From positions 1 through 64,000 of the forward strand of contig JBNGIO010006030.1 in NCBI GenBank assembly GCA_049999805.1: a stretch of DNA of 64,000 bases. The letters are read 5' to 3'. The position numbers and the translations under genes are program-made. The notes beneath the pieces were generated by a model that searched no databases, was not told the DNA's origin, and was given only the letters and a program-made list of their open reading frames with translations. This document shows positions 21,801 to 36,319 of this stretch, one piece after another (positions within the stretch are counted from its first letter, which is position 1; the number at the start of each line of letters is the position of its first letter). The stretch is from Folioceros fuciformis. Lineage: Eukaryota.

Positions 21801-24800
21801 TTCAACCTGCTCTCTTCACTTAACTGCAATAAAACAGGAGCACCTGCTCGCATTCACCGTTGGAAAGTGTGCCACAGACACCGAGAGCATATTCCAACAG
21901 TGACCAAGAACAGACTACATCCACAGTTTTGGCCAAAGCCAAGTACAAAAACTTAAAATTGTACTGTGACACCAAAGCAACATACCTGGTCGATCTTCTT
22001 CTGGGCTTCTTCAAGAAGCTTGGTCATCTCTTGAACATGCTTCTCATAGACCTCCATGCCAGGCGGTTTGACCGTTGGTAGACTACCGTCACCAGCAATT
22101 GCTCCATTGCTCACAGACCGGGTTCTTGCATAGCGCCTCAGCATCACATCATTAATGTGTGTTTGTAGAGCCACACAGATGTCCTCCCCCTGCAAGACAG
22201 TTCAGAGATAAATGCCTCTACAGAAGAAGGAAATGGAAATGCAACCAAGCAATGGATCATGGATCATACCTGCTTTGTCTCAAACTGAAAGATGTGCAAA
22301 ACGCCAGCCACCCTCATTTTGAAAAAGACCGCTGTATTGCTGCTTCCAAACTGCATGATGTCTCGGAGCTCAGCTGAGTGGAGATACTCCTTTGGTACTG
22401 GCCGGAAGAAGTGGACCTGCGGTGAACTAACAGAACTGTAAGGACTTACTCCCACACACAGAGACAACACAGATGATCGCTTATCCAGGACAACAAACGG
22501 GCATCACGAGCTACAGGGCTTGATTAACACACCCCACGTTTGTTTATTCCGAGAATGATTCGCCCTGGCAGCAAACCTATAGGATCTTCAATTTTACGCA
22601 CACTAAAAAACACAGAATTTCCATAAGGAAGTGATCTCAGGATTCGTAGCAGCTGCTGCCTAGCATCATCCTTTGACAGATGCGTCTGCACAGCAAACAT
22701 GGGAGCCACAGTGTGTTCAATGAGATACTCCGGACCACACCACAGGGGCTGTTGAGCTAGCCTACTCACATTCCAAAGAGACTCAGATAGAACTTACTCA
22801 CCAGCAGCCGGTAACGAGAAAGAATATCAGGCTCCCAATCACGTCTAGCTCGTGTGACTGCAACTTGTTTTGGCAGACACCTGTCCAGCAATGCTGGCCA
22901 GTCCCTGGAGGAAACAGCAAACTTTCAATCCATGCCACAGACTAATGTGACCGTGTGAAGGGAGACCTGCAAGACACAATTCATGGCCGTACGTGCTCAT
23001 CTCTGGGTTATTGACATTTCCAATTTCCGCCAAGATTTGCAGAGCTGCCAACTGAGCTGCGTCTTCTCTTCCAACAGGATAATTACCAAGCATGTAGTCA
23101 TGTTGTGACTGAAGCAGATAACACGATTAAAGAGTCCAGATAAGTCTCAGACCAAGTATCAAAAGAGCTTTTGGTGTGAATAAGGAAACGAACGGCACCA
23201 AAATTTTTAGATAAAAGTCACATTTACCTGGACATAGGAAAGCTGCACGAACATGGGCTCAGTGATTGCCTCATCAGACTCCCGGAATAAGCGCTTCTTA
23301 AATAAAAGTTTGCACTGCAAAATTTCACCCTTGTTCCTTTCTCTGGTTGCTTTAAACTCAGCAACAAGATCACCAATGTATTTGTTGTCATCCAAGCCCA
23401 AATGTTCCTCTGAGCAACACAAGAAGTTTCAGTGTCCAGTGCATCCAGCCAACAACGTGCAAAAATGTACAGAGAAAACAAGAGCTCCTGAACCATACCA
23501 TTTCCTGCATCAACTGCTTTAGAGCCAGTGAGTACTTTGCGGCATTCAAACAAGCTGAACGTGTTGTAGGAAGAAAGTTTGATGATACCAGCAAGCTCCT
23601 AAATCAGAACAACATGCCAAATGAAACCTCTTGAGGGACATGATGATTTAAGACTCTGGGGTGTGAGAAGAGCCTAGGAGTACCTCAACGGCATCAGAAA
23701 CTGTAGTTGTCATGTCATAAGTTATCTCCTCAAAAGTTTCATCGAGGAAAAATGCAATGGTTGTTAGCTTCCTCCCAGCAAGAAGACCCTCAATTTCTTC
23801 CTGAGCTGGTATGATGCGCCTTGGACCAGCTTTGACCGACCGTTTCAAAGCATGCCAGGTGTTCAAGGCTAGAGACTGTATTTCAGGATCGGTGTTTGGC
23901 GCATTGGAGACATCATGGACGTACTCTGATAAATAGGCTCCAAACTCCTTTCCAGGAGGCATGGCTGAAGCACAGAGATACATGAGCTCCCAAGCCTTCA
24001 GCAAGGACGGCCTGAATATTCCGGAGACACACAACCATTAGAATGACAAGTTGCCTGCGCTTAACAGGGAAACTACAATGGCACCGACACACACTTTAAA
24101 GCACCCGTGACAAGGAACGACAGTCGAAGTGAGGCAATGTACCTGTCAGGATTGTTGCGTGTTTGCTTCGAGAGTTGGGCAAACAGCTCATCTCGAAGTT
24201 CTGCTCTCTTAAGAGTATGCTTGTACAGCTTCATAAGAAGGTCAATCTGTTCCTGTCCACTGAGCGGACTTGAGCCAACCATTACATCTGCGCCGATGTA
24301 CCTCAAAATGACTTGGAAGAGCTTGACAGCCCGGCTCATCAACTCACTGTTCATTCTCAGTAGTGATGTTGGAATAGGCTCCTGCACCCAAATTGCAAGT
24401 GGAAACCCATTTCAGGTGGGGAAAACATGCATCAGGACTGGATGATGAACTCCCATGCTTCACCACGACCTAACTACGTAGATGCAGAGAAGACATTTCC
24501 AGTCATTCTGAAGCTTACCCGTTGGAAACAGAGCATATCTTCCAGCGTGTACTTTTCTCGGCCCTGTGGGGCAACCGACCTCTTGCCGAAAAACCCACGC
24601 TTCCCACCTGTCTGCAATTGCTTTTGCATAGCCCTTAGGAAAGTCTCAGCCTGTGACAAAACAAAACGAAACAGAAATGAATGTTAGAGGACACTGTGAT
24701 GGAGAAGGAAAGCGATGAAGGTTGAGACGAGGACTGAGAAATTACCTGATACTTTTCCAGCACTGGTATTGTCCCAACCAGCTCAGGCACCAACGAGAAG

Positions 24801-25589
24801 CTTGGAGTCCTGTGTGAGACCGGGCAGCAGCGATGCGTTAGCATCAAGTTTGATATTGCACTCAGTTCAGCAAACCTGGGGTGCCACAGGTCAACCTAAA
24901 CAGGCAAGCCATACCGTGCATCTCCATTGAGTATGCTACTCCCCATGTTCTCTTTCGCAGCCGACACACCCTCAAGGCCATTTCCATCTTGCATCATTAA
25001 TTCCCCATTGTAGGGCCCCTGCAAAGACTTGGACCGCCTGTGATAGCACCCGAAAATCTGGTGAGAAACACTGCAGCAAAACCAGCTGCGACAACTCATC
25101 GGCGACTTCCCCTGCAGTTATGACGTGTCGTGCACAGCGAAAATTGAGGAAAGACAGGAGACTTGAATTCGCAAGAAACACGACCCAATCTAAGACTTGG
25201 CTCCTTCCAAGCGCAACAAAGAACTAACCACACTCTCCTACACATTCCCTCTTCTTCGTTAAGACAACGCTACTCTGAACATCTGTCGCAAAGACCGGCT
25301 TTCCCATAATTTGTGCTGCCAGCTATAGGGCAACAACTTAGACATCCCGACATCTAAGCTCACGTTCTTACTTGAACATCCCGAACTGCAGTTCTTTCAC
25401 TAAGTCTGCGAATCCTAACCCTCAAAGAAACCGAACTTACACAGAGTCCGACCCGTCGCTGTCATAACCATCGCCATTCATGGAAGGGCCGCCATTGTCT
25501 GCTCTGGGATGAAGAGGTGTGCCATCATTGGACGACATTGAAGCCCTCCGACTGCCGTTCCTCATGTACGACAACTGATACTCTGCCAT
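18895..25589 (-). CDS. KCBP: Kinesin-like calmodulin-binding protein (kinesin-14; MyTH4-FERM-coiled coil-motor-CaM-binding), ~20 exons
   Basis: MyTH4 ([13 protein letters not shown]), FERM ([26 protein letters not shown]), motor ([24 protein letters not shown]) and C-terminal [22 protein letters not shown] 25589, TGA 18895-18897. Confidence 0.97.
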
Positions 25590-26816
25590 GGTTGGATCCC
25601 TGAAAAGCCGAAGTTGCCTAACTAGAGCTGCGTCAGCGTCTCATATCACCTACTGGTCCCACGCACGCATTCCAGGCTCCTGTTGCAAACTGCCGTTCAC
25701 GGTATCTTTCCAGCATAGGAAGATGGTCGGAATAGGCTGAGAGGGTTCTGTGCGGAGAGGAGAGGGAGATCAGGCCCTTGGAATCAAGCTATAAGGTACG
25801 GCTGAAAGGGGAAGCTTGCAAGCCCGGGGAATCAGGAGAGGCCAGACATGCAGCGAGCTCGGAAATTGCTGTTGAGTGAGAGCTCGAAAGAGTGTGAGAG
25901 CTGACACAGGCTTGAGCAGCCTTGGGGGCGAGGCAGGCAAAGAGCAGGCTCAGAGCGACAAGGCCTCGCTACAAGAACGCCTCAAACTGAAGAGGGATCT
26001 GAACCATCACCAGTCTATGATACCGGGAGGTGCCCCAGTTGCAGAATATGGTATCTTTTACTCTCGAGCGAGGGGCGCACGCAGAGAATTACCATCCTCG
26101 ATTCGTAAGAAATGCTGCACCATGGCCGGCATGATCCTACACCCGCAGCATTGCCCCCGAGGCAACGCCAATTGCTACAGCACCCCAGCCACAAGCAGCG
26201 GCCAAAGACAGAGCGGCACCAGGCCCAGGAGGGGGCAGCATTTCCCCGCCGAAACAATCCCTCCGTCCCTCTCTCCCAGAAGCGCCAAATCCTGCGTCAG
26301 CGAATCACCGGAGGCACACAAATCCCCGGCCCTCCGCACTCCCAACCTGCGCCGATCACCCCAACTCAGCCAGATCCAGGCTGCAGCAGGAGCGGCAGGC
26401 AGCGAGCGCTCCGCTCCCTGAGAGCCTGTGGCCCGAGGGGCAAGTGCGGCAGGAATCCGTGCGGCTCAGGGCGACCTAGCAGGCCCCGCCAGACGCTCCG
26501 GGAGGCAGGAGGCCCTCCAGGCTCCCGCGCCGCAAAGGGAGGCGCTGGACCAGGCCAGGTGCGGAGCAGCGAGATCGCGGAGGAGACGCCTGGAGCGCGC
26601 TGGGTTGCAGCGCAAGGCAGGGCGGCAATCAGGAGCCGGCGACGTGCAGAATCGGGAGCAGGACAGCAGGCCGGAGAGGCGGGAGCGGCTCCAGGAGCAC
26701 GATTCGCGGGAACATTTGGAATGCGGTAGCGGAAAGAGCAGGCGCCAGGCGCAGCAGAGCCGGACGCAGGCCCAGACCAAAGGAGAAGGAGACGGAGAAG
26801 GCGCAAAGCAAGCAAG

Positions 26817-26844
26817 AGGAGGAGGAGGAGGAGGAGGAGGAGGA
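26817..26844. repeat. (GGA)n microsatellite upstream of KCBP
   Basis: About 9 GGA units. Confidence 0.85.
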
Positions 26845-28278
26845 AGAGGCACACACACATGCGCAGCGATGCGCAAGGTGAGAGAAAGCGAGAGGAGCCG
26901 AGACGAGGCGATACGCGACGAGACGAGCCGATACGTGCCGAGACGGACGAACTCTAAAACTAATGTCGGTCGAACCTTGTCAGGTGGATGCAGTACATGG
27001 CAGCACCACCCACCCAAGCGCTTCTCTCACCTCGCACCAATCTCCCTGCATCCTTGAAGCCCGTTTAGACCTGGGTGCCGCATCCTGCGACCCTGCAGCC
27101 TCGGCCGCAATTTTTCAAAAATTTCCTGCCTTCCGAACCTCCAGGCTCGGTTTCCAAGGCTCCTCGGTGCACCGTCCAACGGGTTTATTATTTCTTCCGC
27201 TTGGACTTGGACTTTAGCTGCTTGTATGCCCTTTTACCCACCACATCCGCCCACCTCAACAACCAACTTCGGATCCTGGACTGGACTGCCTAGCCTATCC
27301 ACCATTATCTTCCTCGGTAGAACGGAGCCCATTTTTTTTCATTTTATTTTATAATAAAAAAAGAGCACATAAATGTACATTGTTACTTAACAACCTAGCT
27401 TGGCTTAACTTAAGACAAATGCACAGCCTACGAGAAGATTTCCGATGTGGGAAAGCAAGTGCAGTTCAGTATGCTCCTTCAGTTAGAATTAGTGACTGAA
27501 GTTGGAGCAACTTAAAAGCAACTTGTATTGGTGATGATTCTTGTCCAAGTTGTGTGGAGAAGGTTTAGAGAGTTAATTTTACTAGCCTAGTTGTATTGCT
27601 AGATTAACGTTAAGTCTGGTTTCACGTCGTGAAGTTGCGGGTCAAGCAAGGGAAAGGGAATAATGGGTGCCTGCAAAGTGCCACGTGGATGCGGTAAGGA
27701 GTTGGCCCGGCGGGCCCCGGGGCGTGGAGGGCAGGGAGCTTGTTAAGTTAGGGTTTGAGGTCTCCACTTGGCAGGAGAGCAGAAGAGGTGGGGTGATCGA
27801 TTCCCACTTCTTCTCTCTGCGGCCACCACCGACTCTGTAGCTACGTGACGCCGTGACTGCTTTCCAACCCTAAAATAGGCTCAAGCCAGCCGGGCCACGT
27901 CACCCGGAATCTGAAAATGTGTACATAGTAGTACGAGGTATTCGTATGAATGGCATGTATGTACATAGAAATATCCAGCTGTGTACGGCACAGTGAGTGT
28001 GCCCGGCCCGCCCCGCCTCCAGGCTCCGTCCTCCTCACCAAAAACGCCTTACCCTCTTGCCCGTCCCGTCGGCAGCGATCTTGCCGCGTAACGATTGCGC
28101 ATGCCTGATTGCCTGAGTGCTTACGCCATTACGTACGTGCTTCATCGTTCTCGTGCTGCCTGGCCGGGAGCAAGCGGGCAGGCCGTTTGGATGCAACTGA
28201 CTCCAACGTTTCTGTGCAATTGCAGTGCTCCATATGAGCGCAAATTCGTTACGGTTTTAGGGAAGGACCACGAGTGCC

Positions 28279-29483
28279 ATGGCACCGAAGAAGGAGGCTA
28301 ATCCGGATGCTAAAGGGAAAGGTGACAAAGGCTCCGGAGCTAAGTCTCCTGGTATGGATCGCGCGCCCTTGATGCCGAGGGTTTCCTTCCGTGACTTTGT
28401 GTGAGTGGAAGCTGCTGCTGACGGGAGGAACTGGATTTGGATTTGTAGAACCTGAGACACTTCATGACATTGGGAAGTTTTACTATCCCAATGGTGCTGT
28501 TTATGGTATGTATGGAATGCAAAGCAAGGGTGTTTTGAGTGCAAAGAAGCTACTCCATTGCAGCTGACAAGTATCAAAACTCATCAGAAGGGGAGTGGAC
28601 TATAGAGTTGGAAGCTGAAGGAGGATCTGGAAAAGCTAAGCCAGGTTCAGCAGGGAAGGATAAGGGCAAGAAGGATGCAGCCAAGGAGAAAGATAAACCT
28701 AGTCCTGCAAAGGAGAAGGAAAAAGCAGGCAAGGACAAAGGGGGTAAGGGAACCAAGGATGATGGCAAGGATGCAAAGAAAGCAGGAGCAAGAAAGTCTA
28801 AGGATTTGAGTGCACCAACATTGCTTGAGCTTGAAGAGGAGATAATAATCCCTCCAGGTATAGGGTATAGCGATGTTGTCTAGGTTTCATGTTCTTTTGT
28901 ACTCTTTTTTTTAATGTTTATTTCTATTTATTTTATTTTTTATCTATGTTTGTAGAAGTACTTAAGGGCAATAGATATAGACATGGACAAGGTACATACA
29001 TTGATTCTGATTATAGCTACACAGGCACATGGAAAAATGACATGATGGATGGAGTAGGTATGCATCACTTTCAACTCTGAACTATTCAGAAAGCCTTTAG
29101 CAATTTTGTTCATAACACGCCAACTTATTTCATATTGCACATTGCAGGTACATTCAAGTATGCAAGTGGTGCTACATATGAAGGAGAGTGGATAGCTAAC
29201 GCCTATAATGGAAAAGGAACTTATAAGGTGAATGACTTGTTTCTATACACTTATGCATGTGCTGAAAACATTGAATACAACCTTAATTTCTAGACTTCCA
29301 AGACAAGCTCAAACACTTGGAACTAATTTTCACCATTGGTAGTGGATAGATGGTCGATCTTACAATGGTGAATGGAAAGACAATAAGATGCATGGAGAAG
29401 GAGTGTACACAGACGCAGGGGGACATATTTGGAGAGGAAAATTTTGTGATGGCTATGGACCTGGTTTGGTATGCGATGTATGA
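28279..29483 (+). CDS. MORN-repeat protein (MORN2-like) with Lys-rich N-terminus, 5 exons
   Basis: RHGQGTY..YTGTWKNDMMDG, GTFKYASGATYEGEW, GRSYNGEWKDNKMHGEGVYTD..W.GKF..G.GPGL, with GT-AG junctions. Confidence 0.82.
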
Positions 29484-30674
29484 TTTATTCACACTATTCT
29501 GGTCAACATTGCATGTGAGGTTGTGGGCAAGTACATCATTCTTTATATATAATACAAGTATTAAAAATATAGTATTTTATAATATAAAGTAAAATAACTA
29601 CTTATGCTGCACTACCCAATAAGAACTGAATACTGATATAAATTATTGCGTAGAATAGTAGTACTTATCACAATAACAAAAGATGGACAAAAGAAAGCTG
29701 CACAAAATATTTTTTAGTCACCGGGAAAGGCAGGTAGTGTATGTGGTAATACAAGTTGGACACAACACCGGGTCGAACGGTGTGGAGACAAGCGATCATA
29801 AGGGATCATGGCAATTGTGGTGCACAGTGCACCACGCACAGCATGCTACTGGCCTTTTGGTGAACATTCCTTTTATGCAGTTGGAGGAAGTACTGGTCTA
29901 TTTTAAATGCACCATGTGTGCGGCACGAGCACAAAACGAACGGCTCACGGCATATTTATCAAGCTTTACTGCTGGGGTCTTTGATTGAGCAGCATGAAGA
30001 GATCAAAAGGAGAGAATGTAGATTGTTGTTGTGCGCTGCGTTGGGTTTTCCTTTCATTCGCTTCCCTACGGCTTCTGTGCTTGCCTCCCATGCTCCTCAC
30101 TTGGTTTAGGTTTTTGCTTTCATCGTCTTCCCTGCAGATTGGGTACATGCTTCCGATGCTTCTTACTCGGTATACGGCAGGCTACTGTCCTGCTGCGGTG
30201 CGTAGAGGATTTAGTATGGCATACACCAAACTCTGCGAAAGAAGATCTCTTGGCTGCGCATCAAACACGGCAGTCTTGTTTCAAGACTTCCAAAGGTGTT
30301 TGGAGTGAGGATGGAGGTGCTGCCGCTATCTCTCCCTCGAGGCACAGCAAAGGTGGGAGGTTTTGTCCTCTCAGAGCATCGAGGTTATGTTGCTCTGAAG
30401 GAGCAGAGCTTTGTGCTTTACCCACCCAACGTCGGAAACAAGGGAACAATTTATGGTCGAAACAGGTGTAGACAGGTTTTTGATCCTGTCCAAAGCTACA
30501 ACAGTAGCCAAAACTGTCACCAACCTTCCCAATGAGGAAGTCTCTTAGTCTCGCCTAGCGCTACGACAACAGGCACAAGTGTCTCATCAACCTTCCAAAC
30601 GAGAAAATGTTTTCCAGCCTCAATAAATGCACTGCCGACAGCAAAATTGTGTTCAAATGTGTCTGCTGTGATAG

Positions 30675-32269
30675 CTACAGCTCATCCTTGTCCCAGTCTT
30701 CGTCGCTCTCGACAAAACTGTGGCACACGAGCGCAAACAGCATTCAAGAATTGGCAGACGCGTGCGAGGGGAAAACACTCATATCATCGTATTTAACAGA
30801 AAACTCCTGCGGCTTTTAACAACATATGTACCTTGAAGTTGCGCAGTGTTTAGTAAGAGTTGAGCACAAGATTTTCTCCACTTGACCTCTTGCTACTTCC
30901 CCTTCCATTAGTCGTTTGGTCAGCTGCACGTGGAACAACGATTCACAAGGAGGTGAGAAGGAGAGGCCCATGTGCCAGAGTTAAACACGGAATATGAAGT
31001 AAACTTGACCAGCTCTGCACGAAACAGTACCTCGTCATCTGTGGTCTCTACCAACCTGTAACATTCAAAAGAGTACCTTGTTAGGTAATCCAGACATATG
31101 CCAGTTGCAAGGCACACCGATAAGACAAGAAAAACACCAGCCAGGGACTGCACCTGCCACAGAAATTCAAGATCGCCTTGGAATGAGCTTCAGCTGCTTG
31201 TCTGTCTGCACATGCCACGCACAGATTGAGAACCGGCATGAGAACTCTAATGATCAGGGACACACGGTAATTGTTCTCGGACTTGGCATGGTTGAGCTCC
31301 AAAGTTAATTACCAAAATCAGGGAGATGCTCTACATCTTCTTTTCTCACCCATTTCTCAGTTCCTGATGTCTGCAATTAGTTTGCATACACATGCGTGAT
31401 TACCAAACATTAGCATGTAGCCACATCGTATCCAGCCCCGAAGTAGCTGGACAGGGTTCAGGCATGTCATTTTCTACCGAATCATATGTGAAAGACTCTT
31501 TCATTCGCTTCCAAGTCAAATGACGGTTTTCCATGACATCTGATTCCACAACTTGACCAACCTATAACCAACAAAACACGCTGGTCAGCATGGCTTACTG
31601 TCTGCAACGTGTACGTCTTCATCCCTTCGCACAGCCCATCCAGTAGCTCAACAGTCCTCAGCTCACTAAATCTGCAGCCAGCCACATGCGAAGCTGAGCC
31701 GCTTTATGAGACGCCTAAAGCTCCGAAGACCAGATCTCCAAGCCAAGCGGCAAAACCACTTCAAACAAAGGGCCAGGAACTAGGGGTACCTACTTATACT
31801 CAATCACTTTCCCTTCACGCTTCCCCTCAGGACCAAGCCGTGATCTCATGTCTAAGTGGTTTCTTGGCCTTTCCTACACACCAGATCCCATCGTGAGCTA
31901 CACCACATACCGCCACCAGCGCCACCTGAGTTGGATTCACATCACTCCAATGTCAAATTGTGAACATGAAAAAATTGTTCAGTTGCGCACTCACGTTGGC
32001 CAGTTTCCCTTCAAGTTCAGCCTGCAACAGACACGACGTCTAAGCGGAGCTGCAACAGGTGAAAATGCATATGCGCACTCAAAACTGATCGAGCAAGGGT
32101 TCAGTATTACCGCCACGGCCTGGCAGGCCGCGCACTTGTCTGCAACAGCGTAGGGAGAACATGCCACCATCTGAAAGTACTGATGCACGTGGACGAACAG
32201 CAGCACCGAGACGAACACCAACCTGCGTACCGAATTCCCTACAAGCTTCTCAACCTGCCTGCTTGCCAT
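30675..32269 (-). CDS. Canopy/MSAP (saposin-B-like) ER protein, multi-exon
   Basis: Signal peptide, DKCAACQAVA, SELRTVELLDGLC, C-terminal DKDEL ER-retention signal, then TAG. Confidence 0.9.
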
Positions 32270-32454
32270 CCCTTCCCTCAACGTAAAATGTAGAGGGATT
32301 CCCGGATGCCTCGTGAATTTCGTTTAGCCACAGCAACTTGCGAGAGAGAGCGGGGAGGAGAGGTTTATAAACCATCGTTACTCAGAAGGCGAAGGCAAAC
32401 TGTGAAACACGAAACACTTTTGTGAGTTTGAAGCGACCAGCCTAGAGACGATCG

Positions 32455-34616
32455 ATGGCTGTCGCGGGCCTGTACCGGCGTCGGCTGCCTTCTCCTCCTG
32501 CCATCGAATTTGCTTCTCCTGACGGCAAGGTGCTGTGAATTAATTGCCTTGCTGTCTTGATGCGTGTGATTTGGCCTAATTGCGCTCACGATGTGAGATG
32601 CAGGCCATATTTCGAGAAGCACTGGAGCATGGAACGATGGAAGGATTTTTTCACCTCATAGCGCACTTCCAGACTCAGGCCGAGCCAGCTTTTTGTGGGC
32701 TGGCCTCATTGGCTGTAATTCTGAATGCCTTGGCCATCGACCCTGGTCGGACGTGGAAAGGTAATTTGCTTCTCCCTCCTTCCTTTGGAGATCGCTTGGA
32801 TCTCGTTTCCCGGCTGACTTCGTTCTTTCTAAAGGACCGTGGCGTTGGTTCGATGAGTCCATGCTGGAATGTTGTGAATCGTTGGAGAAGGTGAAGGAAG
32901 AGGGCATCACTTTCGCCAAAGTGGCATGCGCCGGACAATGTGCTGGAGCCAATGTGCAAGGCATTCGTGCCAGCACCAGCTCGTTGGAGGACTTCCGTCA
33001 GCATGTACTTGAATGCAGTACTGGAGGGGATCGCCACATGATTGTATCGTATGACAGGAGGATTCTGGGGCAGGTGCCGTGGTTGCTCTCTGTCACTGGA
33101 TTTAGTCTCGATTGATTTGCTTTCCAGCGTTGTTAGAAAGTGTTCTTGTTGGCATGCATCTTGTAGGCAGACGGGTAGTGGTCATTTCTCACCTTTGGGA
33201 GGCTACAACCAAGACAGGGACTTGGCACTCATCTTGGACGTGGCAAGGTTTAAGTATCCCCCTCATTGGGTCCCCTTAACCATTCTCTGGGACGCTGTCA
33301 ACACCATTGACCCTGCAACAGGGAATAGTCGAGGGTAAGCACCGAGTGGATTTTGTGAGCAGTGGATGCACGCCGTTTCTAGGGTCTGATTCGGAATTCA
33401 TGGCCAAGTGCATTTTGTCTCTTGTGTGCCAGGTTCTTGTTAGCATCCAAGCCTGAACGACCTGCATCGGTTCTGTTCACTCTGGTATGGTAGGAGTAAG
33501 TTTATGCTTGTAAGCAAGATTAGCTGGATTTGAGGCTTACGTCAGAGGATATTTTCTGCAGTCCTGCAAGGATGAAAGGTGGAGGCCCATTGCAAACCAC
33601 CTGATCGAAGACGTACCCCAGCTGTTGAGGTGCGGAGATTGGAGCATTATAGGAGACGTCCTATCGGTTGCCTTGGGCTTGATGCCTGCAGATGTTTCAT
33701 GTTTCTTGAAGTGGGTAGCTGAGGTGAAACGCGCAGAAACCATACCAGGAAATATTGGAAGTGAAGCTGCCGGTGCTCTTCATGCAAAAGTGAGTTTATA
33801 CCGGCAACCGTTCCTTCCTTCTCCGCCTGCTAGCCCATGCCAAGGCCCGTATGACTTGACACTCGTCCCGGGTGGTTTCCAGGCTGAGGTGCTGTCACAG
33901 CTTCGAGTGACTACTCTGTACAAGATGGTTTGGGACTGGGCAAATGGTCTCTGCAGTAGCTGCCCTGCACCTTGTCCGTTGCCATCTCTTGCGGGGGAAG
34001 ATCTGCCTGAGGCCGTGAAAAATGCTTGTTGCCAGGGTGCAGCTGCACTTTCTGGAATGCTGGGTTTGTCAGCCAGGGGGTGCAAGGGTGCTTCTGTGAC
34101 AACTCGCTTTATTGACAGCACTGAGGCAACTATGGTTGTTGGGAATGTCTCATTGCCTGATGGAACTCATGACAGTGTGGACATACTTGTTCCCACAATT
34201 CCATCAGAGAAACTTCAGCTTCAGCCTGGGACGACTTGTACGTGTTTGCATCCCGCTTCTGCAGATCTGCTAACAATGCTGGTGTTTGCACTTCCCACAA
34301 CTACGTGGAACCAGATACAGAATGCGACGGTGCAAAAAGAACTAGCTGATGCTGTCTCGACAGTCAATCTCCCAACGAGGTTGAAAGTGGAGGTAAAACC
34401 TGGTTGCTCTCTCCCTTGTCTGCACGTTCTGCCCGTCCTTTCTGCTGCGCTTTAATAATCTCCTCTACTTGCCAGGTTGAGAATCTGCGGGAACAACTTT
34501 ATGTAGTCTACAGATGGTGCAATGACGGCGATATTGAGGGAGATTTTAAAATCCCTCCGGTCCTAACCTCTCAGACGCTCAGATCCATGGCGGAAGTCGT
34601 TGTCGGCCACGATTAG
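32455..34616 (+). CDS. PCS: Phytochelatin synthase (glutathione gamma-glutamylcysteinyltransferase), multi-exon
   Basis: [21 protein letters not shown], catalytic triad EPAFCG / GHFSP / [14 protein letters not shown], and a Cys-rich C-terminal domain. Confidence 0.95.
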
Positions 34617-34984
34617 TTACCTTCCGTTGCCAAAAGCAACAGGTTCCTACAAGAGGGAATCGCTAGCTGTCGATCCACTATGTGCCAGTTAGGCTCTGCC
34701 AATGGCCACCGATTGCAGAATGTGATCTGGACCGTGAGGGCCAGTGTTTGTGTTCAGCTATGAAGACTGAAGTGTTGTAACTGAAGCCCATCCATCACTG
34801 GCATGCGAGTGGGAATGCTAGTTGATCGTATCGCCCGACCTATTCCGGGTCTTCATTTACACCAGAGCTTAGCACGGCAGGACAGCTGACATGCACTGTC
34901 CGTCTGCCAAGGCCAGGCGCCTTGTTCGCATGCCACCACACCAAGTACACGATATGAGTCCTGCTGGGAAAGATTCCATCCACT

Positions 34985-35158
34985 AAAGACTTTAACCACC
35001 ACCTCGTGATAAAAACTTCAACCACCACATCATACCAGAGACTTTAACCACCCGCCTCATAGCAAATCCTTCCACAACCAACTCACAGCAAAGACTTCGA
35101 CGACCAACTCATAGCCAAGACTTCAACTACCACCTGATAGCCAACACTTCAACCATCA
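34985..35158. repeat. Degenerate 26-bp minisatellite x~7 (AAAGACTTCAACCACCACCTCATAGC)
   Basis: Consecutive 26-27 bp units are visible. Confidence 0.8.
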
Positions 35159-36319
35159 CAGGCTGCCATGAAGAAGAAGGTGTCCAGGCCAGCGACGGCA
35201 GACTCACATGCCTCGCGCTTCAGTTGGCGAGAGCCTCTGAGCTCAAACATACTGTCAGCTCACTTACCTACGCTCAGACCATCTGATTTTTCAGCTACAC
35301 AGTGTCCCTGGAGGACTTGTTATCCGCAGGCCGCTTGAAACGAAGAGGATTCCTCGGTGCTCCGCCAAAATGGTAAGCAAACTCATCGAAAGCCGTGTCC
35401 GGCGGAAGCCTGACAGTGGCTCGGGTTCTCTGACACTGCTTTCAAAAGGAGACAATTCTCCTTTTACAGCTGAGGCAGTGGCCGGAGCATTCCGTGACAA
35501 TAGATTCGGATTGCGAAAAATCCTAACGTCGTCATCATCGCCGGAACCCGAGTCTCTTGCCCGGTCACGTAGGGGACCGAGGGCCGAGCTAGAGGTTGCG
35601 TGCACAGCATTTCCACATTTCAACATGCAACATCCCTCCCAAGAGACACCAGCATCGAAGACATGAAATTCAAGGATGTACCATCTCCAGGACTGTGCAA
35701 CTTCGCACCTGGGAAGGCAACGTCATGCACACATCCATGGCCAAGCCTCAGGTTCCAAGCTGAGGTAGCTGTGCCTGGATAAGCCATGATTGATGCGTCG
35801 CCGGAATCAATGAGTGCTACCTTGCTCCTAGCCAAATCCTTCGTCCCAAGACATAGGACAAACGTGGCAGGTACGGTCTCCCATAGTTGCTTTTCTCTAT
35901 GTGTGTTGCTCTCATTGGGAGAGAAGACCGGGCGAGGATGGAGCTTGCCAACTAGACAAACAAGGCAGGCGAGCATTCGTTCGGCAGGTAGATGGACAGA
36001 GAGTCCTGAGCTGAAGAACCCAGATCGCAGGACCGCAATGCAGTTCGATCTTGAAGGATGCGTTCGAACTTGCCAGGCTACCATGGTCCACGTTTGTTCG
36101 CCTCCAGATCTTTCCAACTTTTCTAACCATACTTCATGCTTCACTTTATCTCAAAGCCCCGCATGGCAGTAAATATACGGGATTCGGGATCACGCGTAGG
36201 TAGAGGCCTCGGAGGCGGGCATGGAAGGGTAATGAAGTTTAAGAGGTTTTTTTAGACCTCGAGCTGATGTTCCTGCCATCTCACAAAGCTTCACTTTGTC
36301 TGCTGCGAGACAAGTACTC

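Noticed and set aside
25876-27293. Overlapping 160-210 aa ORFs on both strands
   Set aside because: GC-rich low-complexity 5'UTR/promoter region of KCBP, with no recognisable domain.
35160-36172. Possible small spliced gene between PCS and the hydrolase
   Set aside because: Some splice-like sites exist, but I could not build a consistent frame or recognise a motif.
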